Source: Macrostomum hystrix
Taxonomy: Eukaryota; Animalia; Platyhelminthes
Direction of reading: 5' to 3'
NCBI GenBank assembly: GCA_950097015.1
Contig: CATNEN010000015.1
Coordinates: 1,364,001 to 1,428,000, forward strand
DNA: 64,000 nucleotides
Within the stretch, counting starts at the first letter, position 1, and each line of letters opens with the position of its first letter. Positions 31,401 to 44,700 of this stretch are shown in pieces. Both the position numbers and the translations under genes were made by a program. The notes beneath the pieces were generated by a model that had not been told where the DNA came from, did not search any database, and saw only the letters and a list, made by a program, of their open reading frames with translations.

Positions 31401-34247
31401 AACCAATCCCAACTGCTAAACTGAGGCGCTTCCCAAAAATGCTTTGAGTTCTCTATTTCTGCTCCAACGCTTGGTTATTGTCATTCTTTCAGTTTCTATT
31501 TCTGCAATAGAAGAATAATCCCAAAACCAACACCAAGGCTTTACCTTAAGCGTTTCGAAATTGAAATAAAAAGATCGCATGTTCGAATTACCACAAGGGG
31601 ACAAATGTTTTATCCTTCAGCACAATACTTGCGGTAACCCCAATCCCATTGCTCTTGATAATTTTGCTAAGGTAGGGGTAGCAGCATAAAAGCTCAGGTA
31701 GAATTGCGAATGAGCGTGACGAACCACAGTGCATGGAGTGAACTGTCTTTGAATGGGCAGCCTAAAAGCTGGGGCCGAGCCATCTGAGCCATCTGGGTTA
31801 GCAACCGTTTCTATCTATCTCAAGCCAGCAAATTATACGAATCACAAGGTCGAAGGCGCTGTCACTGTTCAGCCGCTCGCCGGACCCATCAAAGGCTTCG
31901 AGGAGTACTTCCTGGGGTTGACACCGGCTAGCAACCATCGGAATCCATGGTTCTCAGAGTTCTGGGAGGATTACTTCGAATGCCGGCTGCCAGGCGCCAC
32001 GGAGACGCCCTATAATGTGCTGTATCAAAACAAATGTGCGCCTGATCTGCGAATGAGCCCACAGGACTCCAAGTTTGCCATCGAGCCGCAGCTGCAGTTT
32101 GTCAGCGATGCCGTGATGGCGTTTGCGGTGGCGCTTAGGGTAACTCTCATCGAAATCCTACGAAGCATTTTCAGTTCGTCTCCGAATAGACGAAAACTCA
32201 TTTAGTTAGGTTGGTATAAAATAGACAGAAAACTGAGGCTGCAAAATTATTGATTTTCAGAACCTCAGAAAGAAGCTGTGTACCTCAGTGGTAACGAGAC
32301 AGTTCTGTATCGAGCAGCTAGCCTCGAAAGGTTCGGATCTGCTGCAGGAACTCCAAGAGGTTCGCTTCACAGGTCAGTTGTTTTTGAGCGTAGAACCAGT
32401 TACAGAAGGAAAAATGTCCACTTACAACTACTTGCAGTAGTAATGACATTTTTACAATACTCGATAGCGAAAAAAGTTTAAGGCTTTGAAGATGGCACGA
32501 GCGATTTAACACTGAATTACGCAGGTCTCACTGGCATGGACTTCCAGTTTACAAAACACTCTTTCGACGGTCCGCCGCGCTACCGGATTCTCAACTTCCA
32601 GCGGTTGCAAAAGGCTGACGCCTACCACTGGGAGGACGTCGGCCTGTTCAACGGTTCCTCGCTGATAGTGTGGCACGACCGGCTGCGATTTCGGGACGGC
32701 GTCAGTCAGCCGCCCGTGTCGGCCTGCCAGCCCGAGTGCACGGCCGACGCGAAACGTCAGATTACTCCGGGCGAGTGCCGCTGCTGGGTCTGCGTCCCCT
32801 GTCCGGAGTACGCAGTCGTCAGCAGCGACCGCGAGCAGTGCGTCGACTGCGACAAGGGCCAACGACCGTCCGCTGACCGAGCGCAGTGCGAGGATATCGC
32901 GCTGGAGTACCTGACCTACGGTCACCCCATAGCAGTTGTCGCGCTGGTGTTTGCGTCTCTTGGTGTTCTCGTCACGTGCTTCGCCATCTCTGTTTTCGTC
33001 CGCCATAGCGACACTGCCGTGGTCAAGGCGTCAGGCAAGGAGCTTTCGTTTCTGCTGCTGCTTGGCATTTTGCTGTGCTACCTGATGACATTTGTGCTTT
33101 GCGCTCGGCCCAATGACTGGCTCTGCGGCACGCAGCAGTTCGGCGTTGGCTTCGCGTTCTCCATTTGCTACTCGGCTCTGCTAATCAAGACCAACCGCAT
33201 TGAGCGGATTTTCCGCGCCGGCCGAAGGACCATCAAGCGGCCCAGGTTCATCTCGCCCCTGTCGCAGGTGGTGATGTTCTGTCTCGTGACCGCTGCGCAG
33301 ATTATCGTGCTGGCCGTGTGGATGCGCATCGAGGCCCCCAAGGCGGTTCGGCACTTCCCGTCTAGAGACAAGCACCAGCTGGTGTGCGCTTCGCTAGTCG
33401 GCTCGCTGTACCTGGTTGGCCTGGTGCATCCCATGCTGCTCATTGTGGTCTGCACATTCTACGCCTGTTTGACGAGAAACATTCCGGAGGCGTTCAATGA
33501 GAGCAAGCATATTGGCTTTACGATGTACAGCACGTGCGTCATCTGGCTTGGCTTTGTACCATGCTACTTCTCAACGGCAGCCTTCATTCACATTCGCATC
33601 GCCACACTATGCTTCTCGATTTCCCTCTCTGCCACCGTGTCACTGGCCTGCTTGTTTGGCCCAAAACTCTATATCATTTTGTTCCGTCCGGAGAGAAACG
33701 TTCGCCAATCTATGATGGCGAGCACGCGCAGGCAGCATTCAACTAGGGACGGCAGCGTTATGCAACATGTCAACAACAACAGCAACAGCAATTGCGGCGG
33801 TGACCAGTCACAGCAAATGCTTCTCACTACACCGATAGCAGCTACAAGGGGCAATAACTGCCAACAGCCAAGAGCTGACATCAGCACACAAGCTGACGGT
33901 AAGTCCTGACGTTGTCACGCCCAATACCAGGTAGTGGCGCCCCTCCCCGAATATAAATTAAGCCTCTGTGTACAACCAATAATTTACAATCAATGCGCAT
34001 TTCTGGGGCCACATTTTCAGTGGAGCTGGTCGGTTTGCTACAAACTCCAGCCTTCGAGTCCAACGAGTCTGGAGCGAATTCCGACAGTCCGTCTCGCACC
34101 CAGTCCTCTACGCAGACGCAGCGCATCTACCGCAACGATTGCATCACGCAGACCAGCTTCCACTCGATCCGCGAGATGATGCTCAATGCGGAGATCAGCC
34201 GCAGGATCTACTTTCTGTCTGAGAGCACGGAGGAAGTTCAGCTGTGA
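19462..34247 (+). CDS. mtt: Class C GPCR of the metabotropic glutamate receptor family, mangetout/mXR-like; exons 19462-19972, 27648-27790, 27869-28039, 28268-28430, 29616-29761, 31849-32139, 32261-32372, 32525-33898, 34021-34247 (1045 aa using the first donor of exon 4)
   Basis: Signal peptide; Venus-flytrap motifs GDIYLGGLMMVH, GGLQALESM, DDCDRDTYGL, GVVGAPSS, RTIPSD, GSDQEV, WIGSDGW, RNPWFSEFWE, QLQFVSDAVMAFA; Cys-rich domain; 7TM with KTNRI, FNESKHIGFTMY, FGPKLYII. All nine junction phases are consistent. Confidence 0.9.
20179..20309. mobile_element. Possible small MITE with imperfect ends (cagtggcgtagcc ... gctacggccc)
   Basis: Ends resemble Harbinger-type MITE termini; no clean TSD found. 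Confidence 0.35.
27305..27552 (+). mobile_element. tRNA-derived SINE family 1 copy
   Basis: B box ggttcgattc, core gcaaggcacttaa...ttcac..agctg..aa.tgggtac, 3' end ctgcacatctggc..aat.ggggcaggtgtaat. Confidence 0.8.
28401..29012 (+). repeat. 36-bp tandem repeat x17 (ggaacatgtttcagggcatgggggcatccggtgagt) spanning the exon 4 / intron junction of the GPCR
   Basis: Donor-like CCG|GTGAGT at 28431 and every 36 nt to 29007 (16 x 36 = 576). Confidence 0.97.
29030..29270 (-). mobile_element. tRNA-derived SINE family 1 copy
   Basis: Reverse complement of the family consensus, including the tRNA-like head (gaatcgaacc). Confidence 0.8.
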
Positions 34248-35539
34248 GCTCAGTGCAGCTCACTGCAGTTTCACGACGATACTGGCCGGTTTGATTCGCT
34301 CTCAAAATCCGATCGAATTTCTCATGGAGAGACTCGAACGGTCTTAAATGATTAGCAAACAGTTTATCGATCTACTATAGCACCTTCAAGACATGCTCAC
34401 TGTGGATAAAGTGCATTTGCAAGACTACACCATTCACAATCGTCTATTGTACAGTGCGTGAATCAGTTTTTATGACAATTTAAATGCAACAAACTACTCC
34501 TATTTTAGACCGCTATAATTTTGTCTAGCAACCATCGATATGGTCATCGATAACTGGATGACGCAGATCGTTGCTGCCACCACGTGCACGTGGAATCTTT
34601 GAGGCATTGAATATTTTCAAGAAATTTTACTTTTTTTCTACTCTGCTCGTTTAGCTTAGTAGTACCAGTATTTTCCAGAGCTGTTAATAAGCTTAATCGG
34701 AGTTCTTCGCAGCTTTCTGTTGCTATGATATAAAATATACTGGTGGATCCACGGTAAGACCAATCAAAGAATATTCGACTACGAAGAACGTACATATCCG
34801 TACCTGGCCTAACTTCAGACTGCATGTGAAAATTACAAGCTTAAAGTGTGCAGAAGTTTAAAATCTCAGACAGACCCGACTAACACGAGCGTAGTTTGAA
34901 GCGAACATTTAATTCCAGCTACGTTAATCGATTGGGAATAATGGAGCCAATGTATCTGCTAAGTCAATCATTGGGCTTATCTTGAGTAGGAATGAGTAAT
35001 TTTAGGCATAAGTTTCTTTAAAAATGAATCAATCGAGAAATTCCTTCGCCCATTATTTAAAGCTGCACTCGCATCGAGACTGCATTTTACCACTAGCAGC
35101 TTCAGCCCTAGCTGACCATGAAAACTTGCCAGCTCTCATTGCCGACATTTCCGTTCCGATCAGCGAAATAACTTAGTGCGAGATTGAATAGCGACCGATT
35201 TGTCCAGCTTAATTGTGAGTATTGTTATTTTTAGGACTATCGAGGAACTCAAGCCGCTGAGGAAAGCCTTGCACAAGAGAACACTTCGCTTGCACACACG
35301 AAGCAGCGAAATGCGCCCTTTGCTAAGATGCTGATGACACTTGCCCGTTTTAGATTGTTTGCTGCAACGGCTTGAAGTGCAGTCGAAAAGGTAAAGACAG
35401 CCCGTCGAAAAACACCTATTGGAAGCACCTTAAAAGGCCATAGTGAAGTGCCCAGACTTGATGGTGCTGCTGCAACCTGACTGCTCTGGCAGATGCCTGC
35501 AGGTGAATCAATAAGCCAGTCAATTGTAACTTTCTGACG

Positions 35540-35745
35540 CAGGGTGCGTACAGCTGTTCAGTCCATGGGGGACGCCACACCCACCCTCAATAACCCCAGC
35601 TAATGCCGGTACCCGTTTACAACTGGGTGAGCTGAAGCAAGTAATGTACAGTTAAGTGTCTTACTAAAAGACAGAATTGTTCCAATGGAGTCAGGAATCG
35701 AACCACTGACCTTTAAATCGTAAGTCCGATGCTCTAACCAATGAG
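35540..35745 (-). mobile_element. tRNA-derived SINE family 1 copy
   Basis: gacgccacacccaccctcaataaccccagct core, ctgggtgagctgaagc, gaatcgaacc head. Confidence 0.8.
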
Positions 35746-35877
35746 CTACAACAAATTATCTAAAATAGGTGAAAAAGAAGAAGCGGGACCAGCAGTTTCC
35801 ATTACACATTTGTCATCTGAGTCGGCCAAGCGGCGATTTTTTTCCAAAGCAGTCTTTTGCCTGTTTGCGACAAATAT

Positions 35878-37990
35878 GATTGGAGTGGGCTGGGGTTATG
35901 GAGGATGGGTGGGGTCAGTGTTCTGGAGTGGCTGGGGTTATGGAGGATGGGTGGGGTCAGTGTTCTGGAGTGGCTGGGGTTATGGAGGATGGGTGGGGTC
36001 AGTGTTCTGGAGTGGCTGGGGTTATGGAGGATGGGTGGGGTCAGTGTTCTGGAGTGGCTGGGGTTATGGAGGATGGGTGGGTGGGGTCAATGTTATGGAG
36101 TGGCTGGGGTTATGGAGGATGGGTGGGGTCAGTGTTCTGGAGTGGCTGGGGTTATGGAGGATGGGTGGGGTCAGTGTTCTGGAGTGGCTGGGGTTATGGA
36201 GGATGGGTGGGGTCAGTGTTCTGGAGTGGCTGGGGTTATGGAGGATGGGTGGGGTCAATGTTATGGAGTGGCTGGGGTTATGGAGGATGGGTGGGGTCAA
36301 TGTTATGGAGTGGCTGGGGTTATGGAGGATGGGTGGGGTCAGTGTTCTGGAGTGGCTGGGGTTATGGAGGATGGGTGGGGTCAATGTTATGGAGTGGCTG
36401 GGGTTATGGAGGATGGGTGGGGTCAGTGTTCTGGAGTGGCTGGGGTTATGGAGGATGGGTGGGGTCAGTGTTCTGGAGTGGCTGGGGTTATGGAGGATGG
36501 GTGGGTGGGGTCAATGTTATGGAGTGGCTGGGGTTATGGAGGATGGGTGGGGTCAGTGTTCTGGAGTGGCTGGGGTTATGGAGGATGGGTGGGTGGGTCA
36601 GTGTTCTGGAGTGGCTGGGGTTATGGAGGATGGGTGGGTGGGGTCAATGTTATGGAGTGGCTGGGGTTATGGAGGATGGGCGGGGTCAGTGTTCTGGAGT
36701 GGCTGGGGTTATGGAGGATGGGTGGGTGGGTCAGTGTTCTGGAGTGGCTGGGGTTATGGAGGATGGGTGGGGTCAGTGTTCTGGAGTGGCTGGGGTTATG
36801 GAGGATGGGTGGGTGGGTCAGTGTTCTGGAGTGGCTGGGGTTATGGAGGATGGGTGGGTGGGGTCAGTGTTCTGGAGTGGCTGGGGTTATGGAGGACGGG
36901 TGGGTGGGTCAGTGTTCTGGAGTGGGCTGGGGTTATGGAGGATGGGTGGGTGGGGTCAGTGTTCTGGAGTGGCTGGGGTTATGGAGGATGGGTGGGGTCA
37001 GTGTTCTGGAGTGGCTGGGGTTATGGAGGATGGGTGGGTGGGGTCAGTGTTCTGGAGTATGCTGGGGTTATGGAGGATGGGTGGGTGGGTCAGTGTTCTG
37101 GAGTGGGCTGGGGTTATGGAGGATGGGTGGGATTGGGTCAGTGTTCTGGAGTATGCTGGGGTTATGGAGGATGGGTGGGTGGGTCAGTGTTCTGGAGTGG
37201 GCTGGGGTTATGGAGGATGGGTGGGATTGGGTCAGTGTTCTGGAGTATGCTGGGGTTATGGAGGATGGGTGGGTGGGTCAGTGTTCTGGAGTAGCTGGGG
37301 TTATGGAGGACGGGTGGGTGGGGTCAGTGTTCTGGAGTGGGCTGGGGTTATGGAGGATGGGTGGGTGGGTCAGTGTTCTGGAGTAGCTGGGGTTATGGAG
37401 GACGGGTGGGTGGGTCAGTGTTCTGGAGTAGCTGGGGTTATGGAGGATGGGTGGGTGGGTCAGTGTTCTGGAGTGGGCTGGGGTTATGGAGGATGGGTGG
37501 GTGGGTCAGTGTTCTGGAGTAGCTGGGGTTATGGAGGACGGGTGGGTGGGGTCAGTGTTCTGGAGTGGCTGGGGTTATGGAGGACGGGTGGGTGGGTCAG
37601 TGTTCTGGAGTAGCTGGGGTTATGGAGGATGGGTGGGTGGGTCAGTGTTCTGGAGTGGCTGGGGTTATCGAGGATGGGTGGGTGGGTCAGTGTTCTGGAG
37701 TGGGCTGGGGTTATGGAGGATGGGTGGGTGGGGTCAGTGTTCTGGAGTGGGCTGGGGTTATGGAGGATGGGTGGTTGGGGTCAGTGTTCTGGAGTGGGCT
37801 GGGGTTATGGAGGACGGGTGAGTGGGTCAGTGTCCTGGAGTATGCTGGGGTTATGGAGGATGGGTGGTTGGGGTCAGTGTTCTGGAGTGGGCTGGGGTTA
37901 TGGAGGACGGGTGAGTGGGTCAGTGTCCTGGAGTATGCTGGGGTTATGGAGGATGGGTGGTTGGGGCCAGTGTCCTGGAGTGGGCTGTGG
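35878..37990. repeat. G-rich minisatellite, 42-bp base unit (ggagtggctggggttatggaggatgggtggggtcagtgttct) with +4-bp variants, roughly 48 units
   Basis: Read directly; strongly G/T-skewed top strand; the long ORFs here are repeat artefacts. Confidence 0.97.
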
Positions 37991-38701
37991 ATATATTGAC
38001 AGACTAATCAACGCGCTGCGGCAGAGGGCACCCACTTTACTACGCATTAGAAATACAACATGAGGCGGTTCAAAAACGAAAAAATGACGAAAAAAGTTAG
38101 ATTTTTCCTTGCCAGGCTCTCAATACCATATAGATTTGACTACACAAATGCGAGCTTGTTATGAAACTGGTAACCACTGGGAGTTAACTGCTTATTTAGT
38201 GCATGCCGTGTATTGCTCATATTCAGCTTTAGAGTACATGTTAAAATGACAAAAATAAGCGCAAGTCGCAGGTGCAGAACTGGAGCAGAAACAGAAGAAC
38301 AGCCAATTGCATCGACCCCAAGGCTTGTCAATTGTTTCAAAGTACATGGTACAAGCTAAGGGCGAGACAGATTTCAGGGTATGATTTAGCAAAAGAAACG
38401 CGCTGGAACCTGAAATGCTAAACAATAACGATTAGCACAACACTGAGGGCCACAATTGTGCTGCTGAGAAATATGAGACAGAGAGAACGCAGAGACAATG
38501 ACCTACTCGAATGAGTAAATATTTGAGAACAGTGGCAGGGATTATTACAATGTGACACAACAAAAACACTTGGGCGTAGGGCAAGCTGTTTGATGGGCCA
38601 GTCTATTAGTTAATTAATTAAAGAGGGCTTACACTGGTAGTTAAACAGCATGAAAAGATAATAGGAATAAAAATAGGCCCCGCTTGAGCAGCTCCGAGTA
38701 C

Positions 38702-41700
38702 TCAAGCCTTGCGCTTCTTAGCGGCTGGCTCATCGCTGCCATTGTTGGCGGCCGCAGCCGTGGAGCCCTTGGGCCGGCCGCGCCTGCCAGTGACCTCGTC
38801 GCCCATCTCCTTCTCGATGAGGGTGATAAGGGTGTTGCAGCGCCTCTGCAGCTCCATGGCTGTCCGCGACTTCAGGAACCAGTCGAAGCGGAACTGCGGC
38901 GTCTGGCGGACAGCGTGGCGCAGCAGCTCGTAGGCGTTCTCGGTGTCCAGGCCCAGCTTGTGCAGGTAGCAGATCAGGAAGCGGTCCTCTTCCTCCGTGA
39001 ACGCCTTGCCCTGACCAGGTAAGCGAGTTACTGTTATTGTTGTTTTGTTATAATTACTTATCATTACTAATAGTAACACTAGACCCGCAGCCAGCGAGGA
39101 GGCAATTCTGCCTCGCACAATTCTACCGTTCGCAGGCACACGCTCACACAGGTGCGTACATCTGCCCTGACTTTCTCATCGCCGGCCAGTGTACACTGTC
39201 ACTTTGCCCTGGAGGTTGGCCCTCAAGAGCATTAGGTGTACGACAAACCCCAAGCCTTCTCTCCGTGGCTGCGCCCCAAATGAATTCGCAGCGGAATCGA
39301 GCTCATGGACCTTGGTGCAAGAGGCAAACGCGTTAATCGCTCTGCCACTAAGCCCCATAGGTAAGCGAGTTAGATTGGCTTCAATTGTCCCTGCTGAAAA
39401 TAATTAACACACTTTTGAAATGATTGTACATGGATTAAAAACTTTGGGCATTTGGCATTGATTTAGTTCACCCAGCAGTTAATTGAGTACTAGGTAATTG
39501 AGGGTGGGTGTGGCGTTCCCACAGTCTACGAACTAACCAACCACGGGAGTGCTGTCGGGTGAACATCTGGCCCAATTAGGGCAAATGAAATCAGGTAATT
39601 AGTAAATTATTTAATAAATAATAAAATAATTTAGGTTGTTCATCTTTATAAATGTCTTTAATTTGCCTATGCAAATGGGAAGATTGATCAAGGAATTGCA
39701 GAGCTATGATAAAAATTCCAAGAAACTTTTGGGTCACCCCTCGTACAACGAAGCTTGGCGTGGCAGTATATTTTTCTTACTTTGTTAGTTCCATAGTGAA
39801 TCTTGAGCTGATGAAATGGAGCCCTGTAGCGGCCCATCTTGACGTCCAGGGACCGCTTGATGGCCTGCCGGCGAGCCAGCTTGGCCTCGCCACGCTGCAT
39901 CTGAGTCAGAATGCGCTCATTGTCCGTGAGCTCACCATGCCGGCGCCAGAACACCTGGGCGTATTCGCGCACCTCCTCTGGCGTCTTGCCCTCCACCTCG
40001 TGGCAGATCTTGTCCAGCTGGTCGCGGCCGTGCTTCTCGTTGGCCTTGACGAATTGTTGAAAGTCGCGACGACTCCAGTTGGCAAAGCCCTGCGGATCGG
40101 GCGGTTGGCGAACTTCCATGGAGGGTCACACGACACACGAGAGTAAGTTCCCAGGATTTAGGACTGGGTCAATTTATTCAATGTATTCCAGCTCCAGACG
40201 GGTTCATTGCACAGAAATGTTAGTGTGACCAGACAGATTAACAGTGTTATCTGTCTTTTTTTTTGTATCCCCTAAAATATTAAACCAATTGCTGGGCTCA
40301 ATTTTCCGCTCTATTCGACGAAAAAAATCGTAAAGGGCGAAAAAATTCGATTCAGATGTTGAACTTTCACGAAAATCGAGAAGTAGGCAGTGGGTATTCG
40401 GAATACCCCCGAGAGTCTTTCCCCAGGGTAAAAATGGCGTCGTCTTTCTACTGTTAAAGCGCGAACCTGCTCAAGCAGAGACTCCTTCTCGCGCTGCTCA
40501 GCATCGGTCAGGGGCTCGGCTTCGTCAATCTTGGCCTGCTGCTCATCGCGATCCGGCTCGCCAGGCGGCACCCGATAGTTGATGCTCTTCCTGCAACGGC
40601 GGCACATCATCTATTTTTAGTAACACGGTGAATCCCAGCTTCACAGAACCCAGGCTCCATCTCGCACTGAACTCACCGGAAAGCCAGCACCTCCTGCTCC
40701 AGCAGCTCGATAAGCCTGGACGGATAGAACTGGAAGTCCTGCACTATCGGCTGCTTGGGCGGCCTCGGCGCCTTGGGAGCCTTGGGCTCAGCCTGGCGCA
40801 GGGCTTCCTTGAAGTAGGCGTCAACTGCGTAGTTGGCCTTCCGCTCCCGCTTGGGCGGTTCGATCCAGTTGGCGGCAATGTTGGCCTGCCGGCCCCTGTA
40901 GTCCTCGCCCTCGAACATGTACGTACCAAACTGATCACCGTCAGCGTCCATGGTGAAGGAGCGGAGGTTGGACTCGCCCAGACCGGCCAGCTGCTTGTTC
41001 AGCTCGTCCGTCTTCAGCTGACTGCGCGCCAGGATCTGGTCGATGTCCTCGTCGGTGATCTCCGAGTCTTTAGAGCGGAAGATGTGCTGAGCTCCGTGCC
41101 GGATCATTGTCAGCACCTCGTCTTTGCCTAGCTGATTGGCCTTCTGGTCCACTAGGCGGCCCTGCTGGATGACCAGGCTGTCCAGGCGCAGCTTCATCTC
41201 GGCTCGCCAGATGATGCGCTCCTCGATGGTGTGCTCGGTGACGAAGCGGAACACCCGGACCTGCGAGCCAGAGGGCAGTTGCAGTGCTATTCGCATGAAA
41301 CTATCATCTCAACCAGAAACCCGTCTGTACGAATTTTCGCCAGATTGTTACCTGCTTCTTCTGCCCGATACGATGCGCGCGATCCATGGCCTGCAGATCC
41401 ACCTGCGGGTTCCAGTCGGAGTCGTACAGAATGACCACATCAGCCGTGGCCAGGTTGATGCCCAGGCCGCCAGCTCGGGTTGACAGGAGGAACAGGAACT
41501 TGTCCGAGTTGGGCGCGTTGAAGGCCTCGATGGACTCGTGCCGCTCCGAGTGCGGCGTCTGGCCGTCCAGGCGGCAGTAGCGCAGGCCCCTGTAGTAGCA
41601 GTAGTCCTCCAGGATGTCCAGCATGCGGGTCATCTGGCTGAAGATCAGCACCCGGGAGCCCTGATCGCGCAGCTTAGGCAGGAACTTGTCCAGCAGGACC

Positions 41701-44700
41701 ATCTTGCCGCAGTTGTTGATGATGTGTTCGTCGGTGGTGTAGGGCGGCCCAGGCTCAGCGCCGTCGAACAGGTAGGGGTGGTTGGCGCACTTCCTGAGCT
41801 GCATGAGGATGTTCAGCAGGCGAGTCTTCTCTGTCTTGCCGGCTCCGTTAACCACGTCGATGTCCTTCATGAGCAGGCGGGTGTACATCTCGCGCTGCAT
41901 GTGGCTGAGGCCAATGTAGATCTTTGTCTCCTTCTTAGGCAGCAGGGCCTTCTCTACGTCGGCTTTGACGCGGCGCAGCAGGAAAGGGCGAAGGATCTGG
42001 TGCAGGCGGCTGTGGGCGATTGTGTGATGGTCTATGTCTATGGACTGGTGCGACCCAAGTTGGTAGCCATTTTACAGCTAGTTTAACTGAAGCACTGGGG
42101 AATTGGGTGTCTGGCTTAAGGACAAAGTCGCTTTAAGGACAAGAAGGTTGTTGCTTCATGGTTAGAGCGTTGGACTCACGACTTGAAGGTCCGGGGTTCG
42201 ATTCTCAATCTCGACTTTACTGGAACAATTTGTGTCGTTTAGCAAGACACTTAATTCAAAATAGCTTCAGTTCACCCAGCTTTTAAATGGGTACCAGCAT
42301 TAGCTGGGATAATTGAAGGTGGGTGTGGCGTCCCCCCAGTCAGATGCGCCGTGCAATAGCTGCGGCTGTGCTGTCGGCTGCACATCTGGCCCAATTGGGG
42401 CAGGTGTAATCAATTATTATTAAATGCATTATCAAGGACAAAAAGCGCTTTCCATTAGAAACCTTAACTCCTCGGTTAGAAGTGTGAAGTTCTGAACCAC
42501 TGCCCCACTACACTGGGCAGACTCATTATTATGCAGAAATGCGACTTTTTACTCACCGAATGAGGTCCTGCTGCTGGTCCAGGGACTCCGGGTTGAACCA
42601 GGAGTCGAACTCCTCGCTATTGCTGAACACATCGGGCAGCAGGAAGTTGAGGAGGGCCCAGAGCTCGTGCAGGTTGTTCTGCAGCGGAGTGCCGGTCAGC
42701 AGCAGCCGGTTAGAGGACTTGAGCTCGCGAATAATTTCGGACAGCTTGCTCTTCTCATTCTTGATGCGGTGCGCCTCGTCGATGATGATATAGCGCCAGT
42801 TGAACTTCTTCAGCAGGGCCTTCTCGCGGATGATCATCTCGTAGGAGGTGACAAGAACGTCCCAGTCTCCAGGCAGGATGGTCTCCTTGATGAGGTTGTT
42901 GCGAGTCTCCTGGTCGCCAATTAGGCAGACGGATCGCAGCGTCGGCACCCAGCGCTCGATCTCCTTCATCCAGTTCTGCAGGGTGGACTTGGGCGCGATG
43001 ACCATGTGTGGGCCCGAGTGTTGCCTGTAGTGCTTCATGAAGCCAATCAGGGAGATGGTCTGCAGCGTCTTGCCCAGGCCCATCTCATCAGCCAGGATGC
43101 CGTTGATGCCGTTCTCGTACAGGGAGATCATCCAGTTCAGGCCGCGGATCTGGTAGTCGCGCATCTCGCCGTTCTTTACATACCAGGGGCTGGTGTCGAA
43201 GCGCGAGATCTCGCCCGGGTCGGCGCTCTCAGCGGCCGTCTGCGACAGCAGTTCATCGTCTTCCTCCTTCTCGGTGCGCCGATGCCGATGGTCGCCATCT
43301 TTGGACAGCTGGCGCATGAGACTGCTGCTGCTGCCAGCCTCAGCCAGCTTCAGCTTCAGCGGGCTGGTGACCTTGCGAGAGCGCGCCACGCCAGCCGCGG
43401 CTGTGCCGGTTTCAATGAAGTGGCTGAACAGCTCAGTCTGCTTGATGAGGTACTCGAAGCGCTTAGTCCTGTCATGCTCCAGCTTGTTTTCGAAGGCGGG
43501 GTCGCGATGGCCCGAGCCGGCATCTGGGGCGACGAATTTTTGCCTGGGCTTACCATCAGCACTGGGAGTCCACTGGCCAGGGTGGGAGAATAGGGGATAA
43601 GGCCATAACTTTGCTTACTATGCAGACGATAAATAATTGGCTTTTGAACCTCTACACCTTAATATACAGCATATTGGTGGTTAAGATCTTTAAAAGAAAA
43701 TATTAGCATAAAAATTTCTTAAGGGATATGTGTAAACCATTTAAATTGGGAAAACTCATGATAAGCAACTAGATAGTGGAAACTTAATGCACCTTTCCAG
43801 AACTGTAACTTATCTGTTACTCTAGACAGAACTATAGCATCTATATCTTCAAAGATATACTGGTATATAATTAGAAAAAAAGAAATGGCTACATCCTGAA
43901 GCTATAGAACCTGAATTAAAATATAGCTATGGAGATTTAGGCAGCACTCATCCTCACTGTCCCATGCAAAAAATTCTGAAATAAGCCTCATGGTAACATT
44001 CCATCAGTCATCATTTGCTACTTTATGCGAATGCTACAGTGATAATAGCTGCTGACCCCAAAACTAGATTGTATAGACTGGTAATTTAAACACATTATAC
44101 CATAAATTTTATAAGTCAGTTGTGAGAGTTAAATTATAAAGCAGTGATAATTTCAAATAACGCACAACTTAAATCTCACATTAAAACTGCTTTCGAAAGT
44201 TAATTTTCCTTATTATCTCTGTTTAAGTAAAAAAACTTATAAACTGAAAACTGAAAATATAAACTGAATCACAGATACAATGCAAAAAAAGTTTTTTTTT
44301 CAATGCGTTAGTCTGAGTCTGAATACAATCCATTTTGGTTTTGGTAAAAACTGCTTGGGCATATTAATAGGCCAAATGAGTAATAACTTATTGCTATCCA
44401 AGTTAGCAAAAAACTGTTTTCTTAGGCTATAATATTTTACACACAAATTACATTTTACAGTCTTGTGCACTGTGTTTTCTCTTCTGTCTATCAGAATTAA
44501 AACTTAAATGTATATACAAATATGCATACTTAGGATACATTTGGGCTTACTAATTACTCTCAATTTTGAGCTACAAATTTTAACTAATAAATGTCAATAG
44601 AATGATTTTTAAGGAAGTGTTAAAGCAATGATGGTCAAGCATTATGCAGGATGATTGTCAATATTGAACTCTAACTGGTCAGGTACAAATCCAGGTACAG

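Noticed and set aside
35741-38063. 500+ aa Gly/Trp-rich ORFs
   Set aside because: All three frames are open because the G/T-rich satellite lacks stops; not evidence of coding.
42146-42215. tRNA gene
   Set aside because: A and B boxes are present, but there is no closed cloverleaf and it continues into a repeated SINE body.
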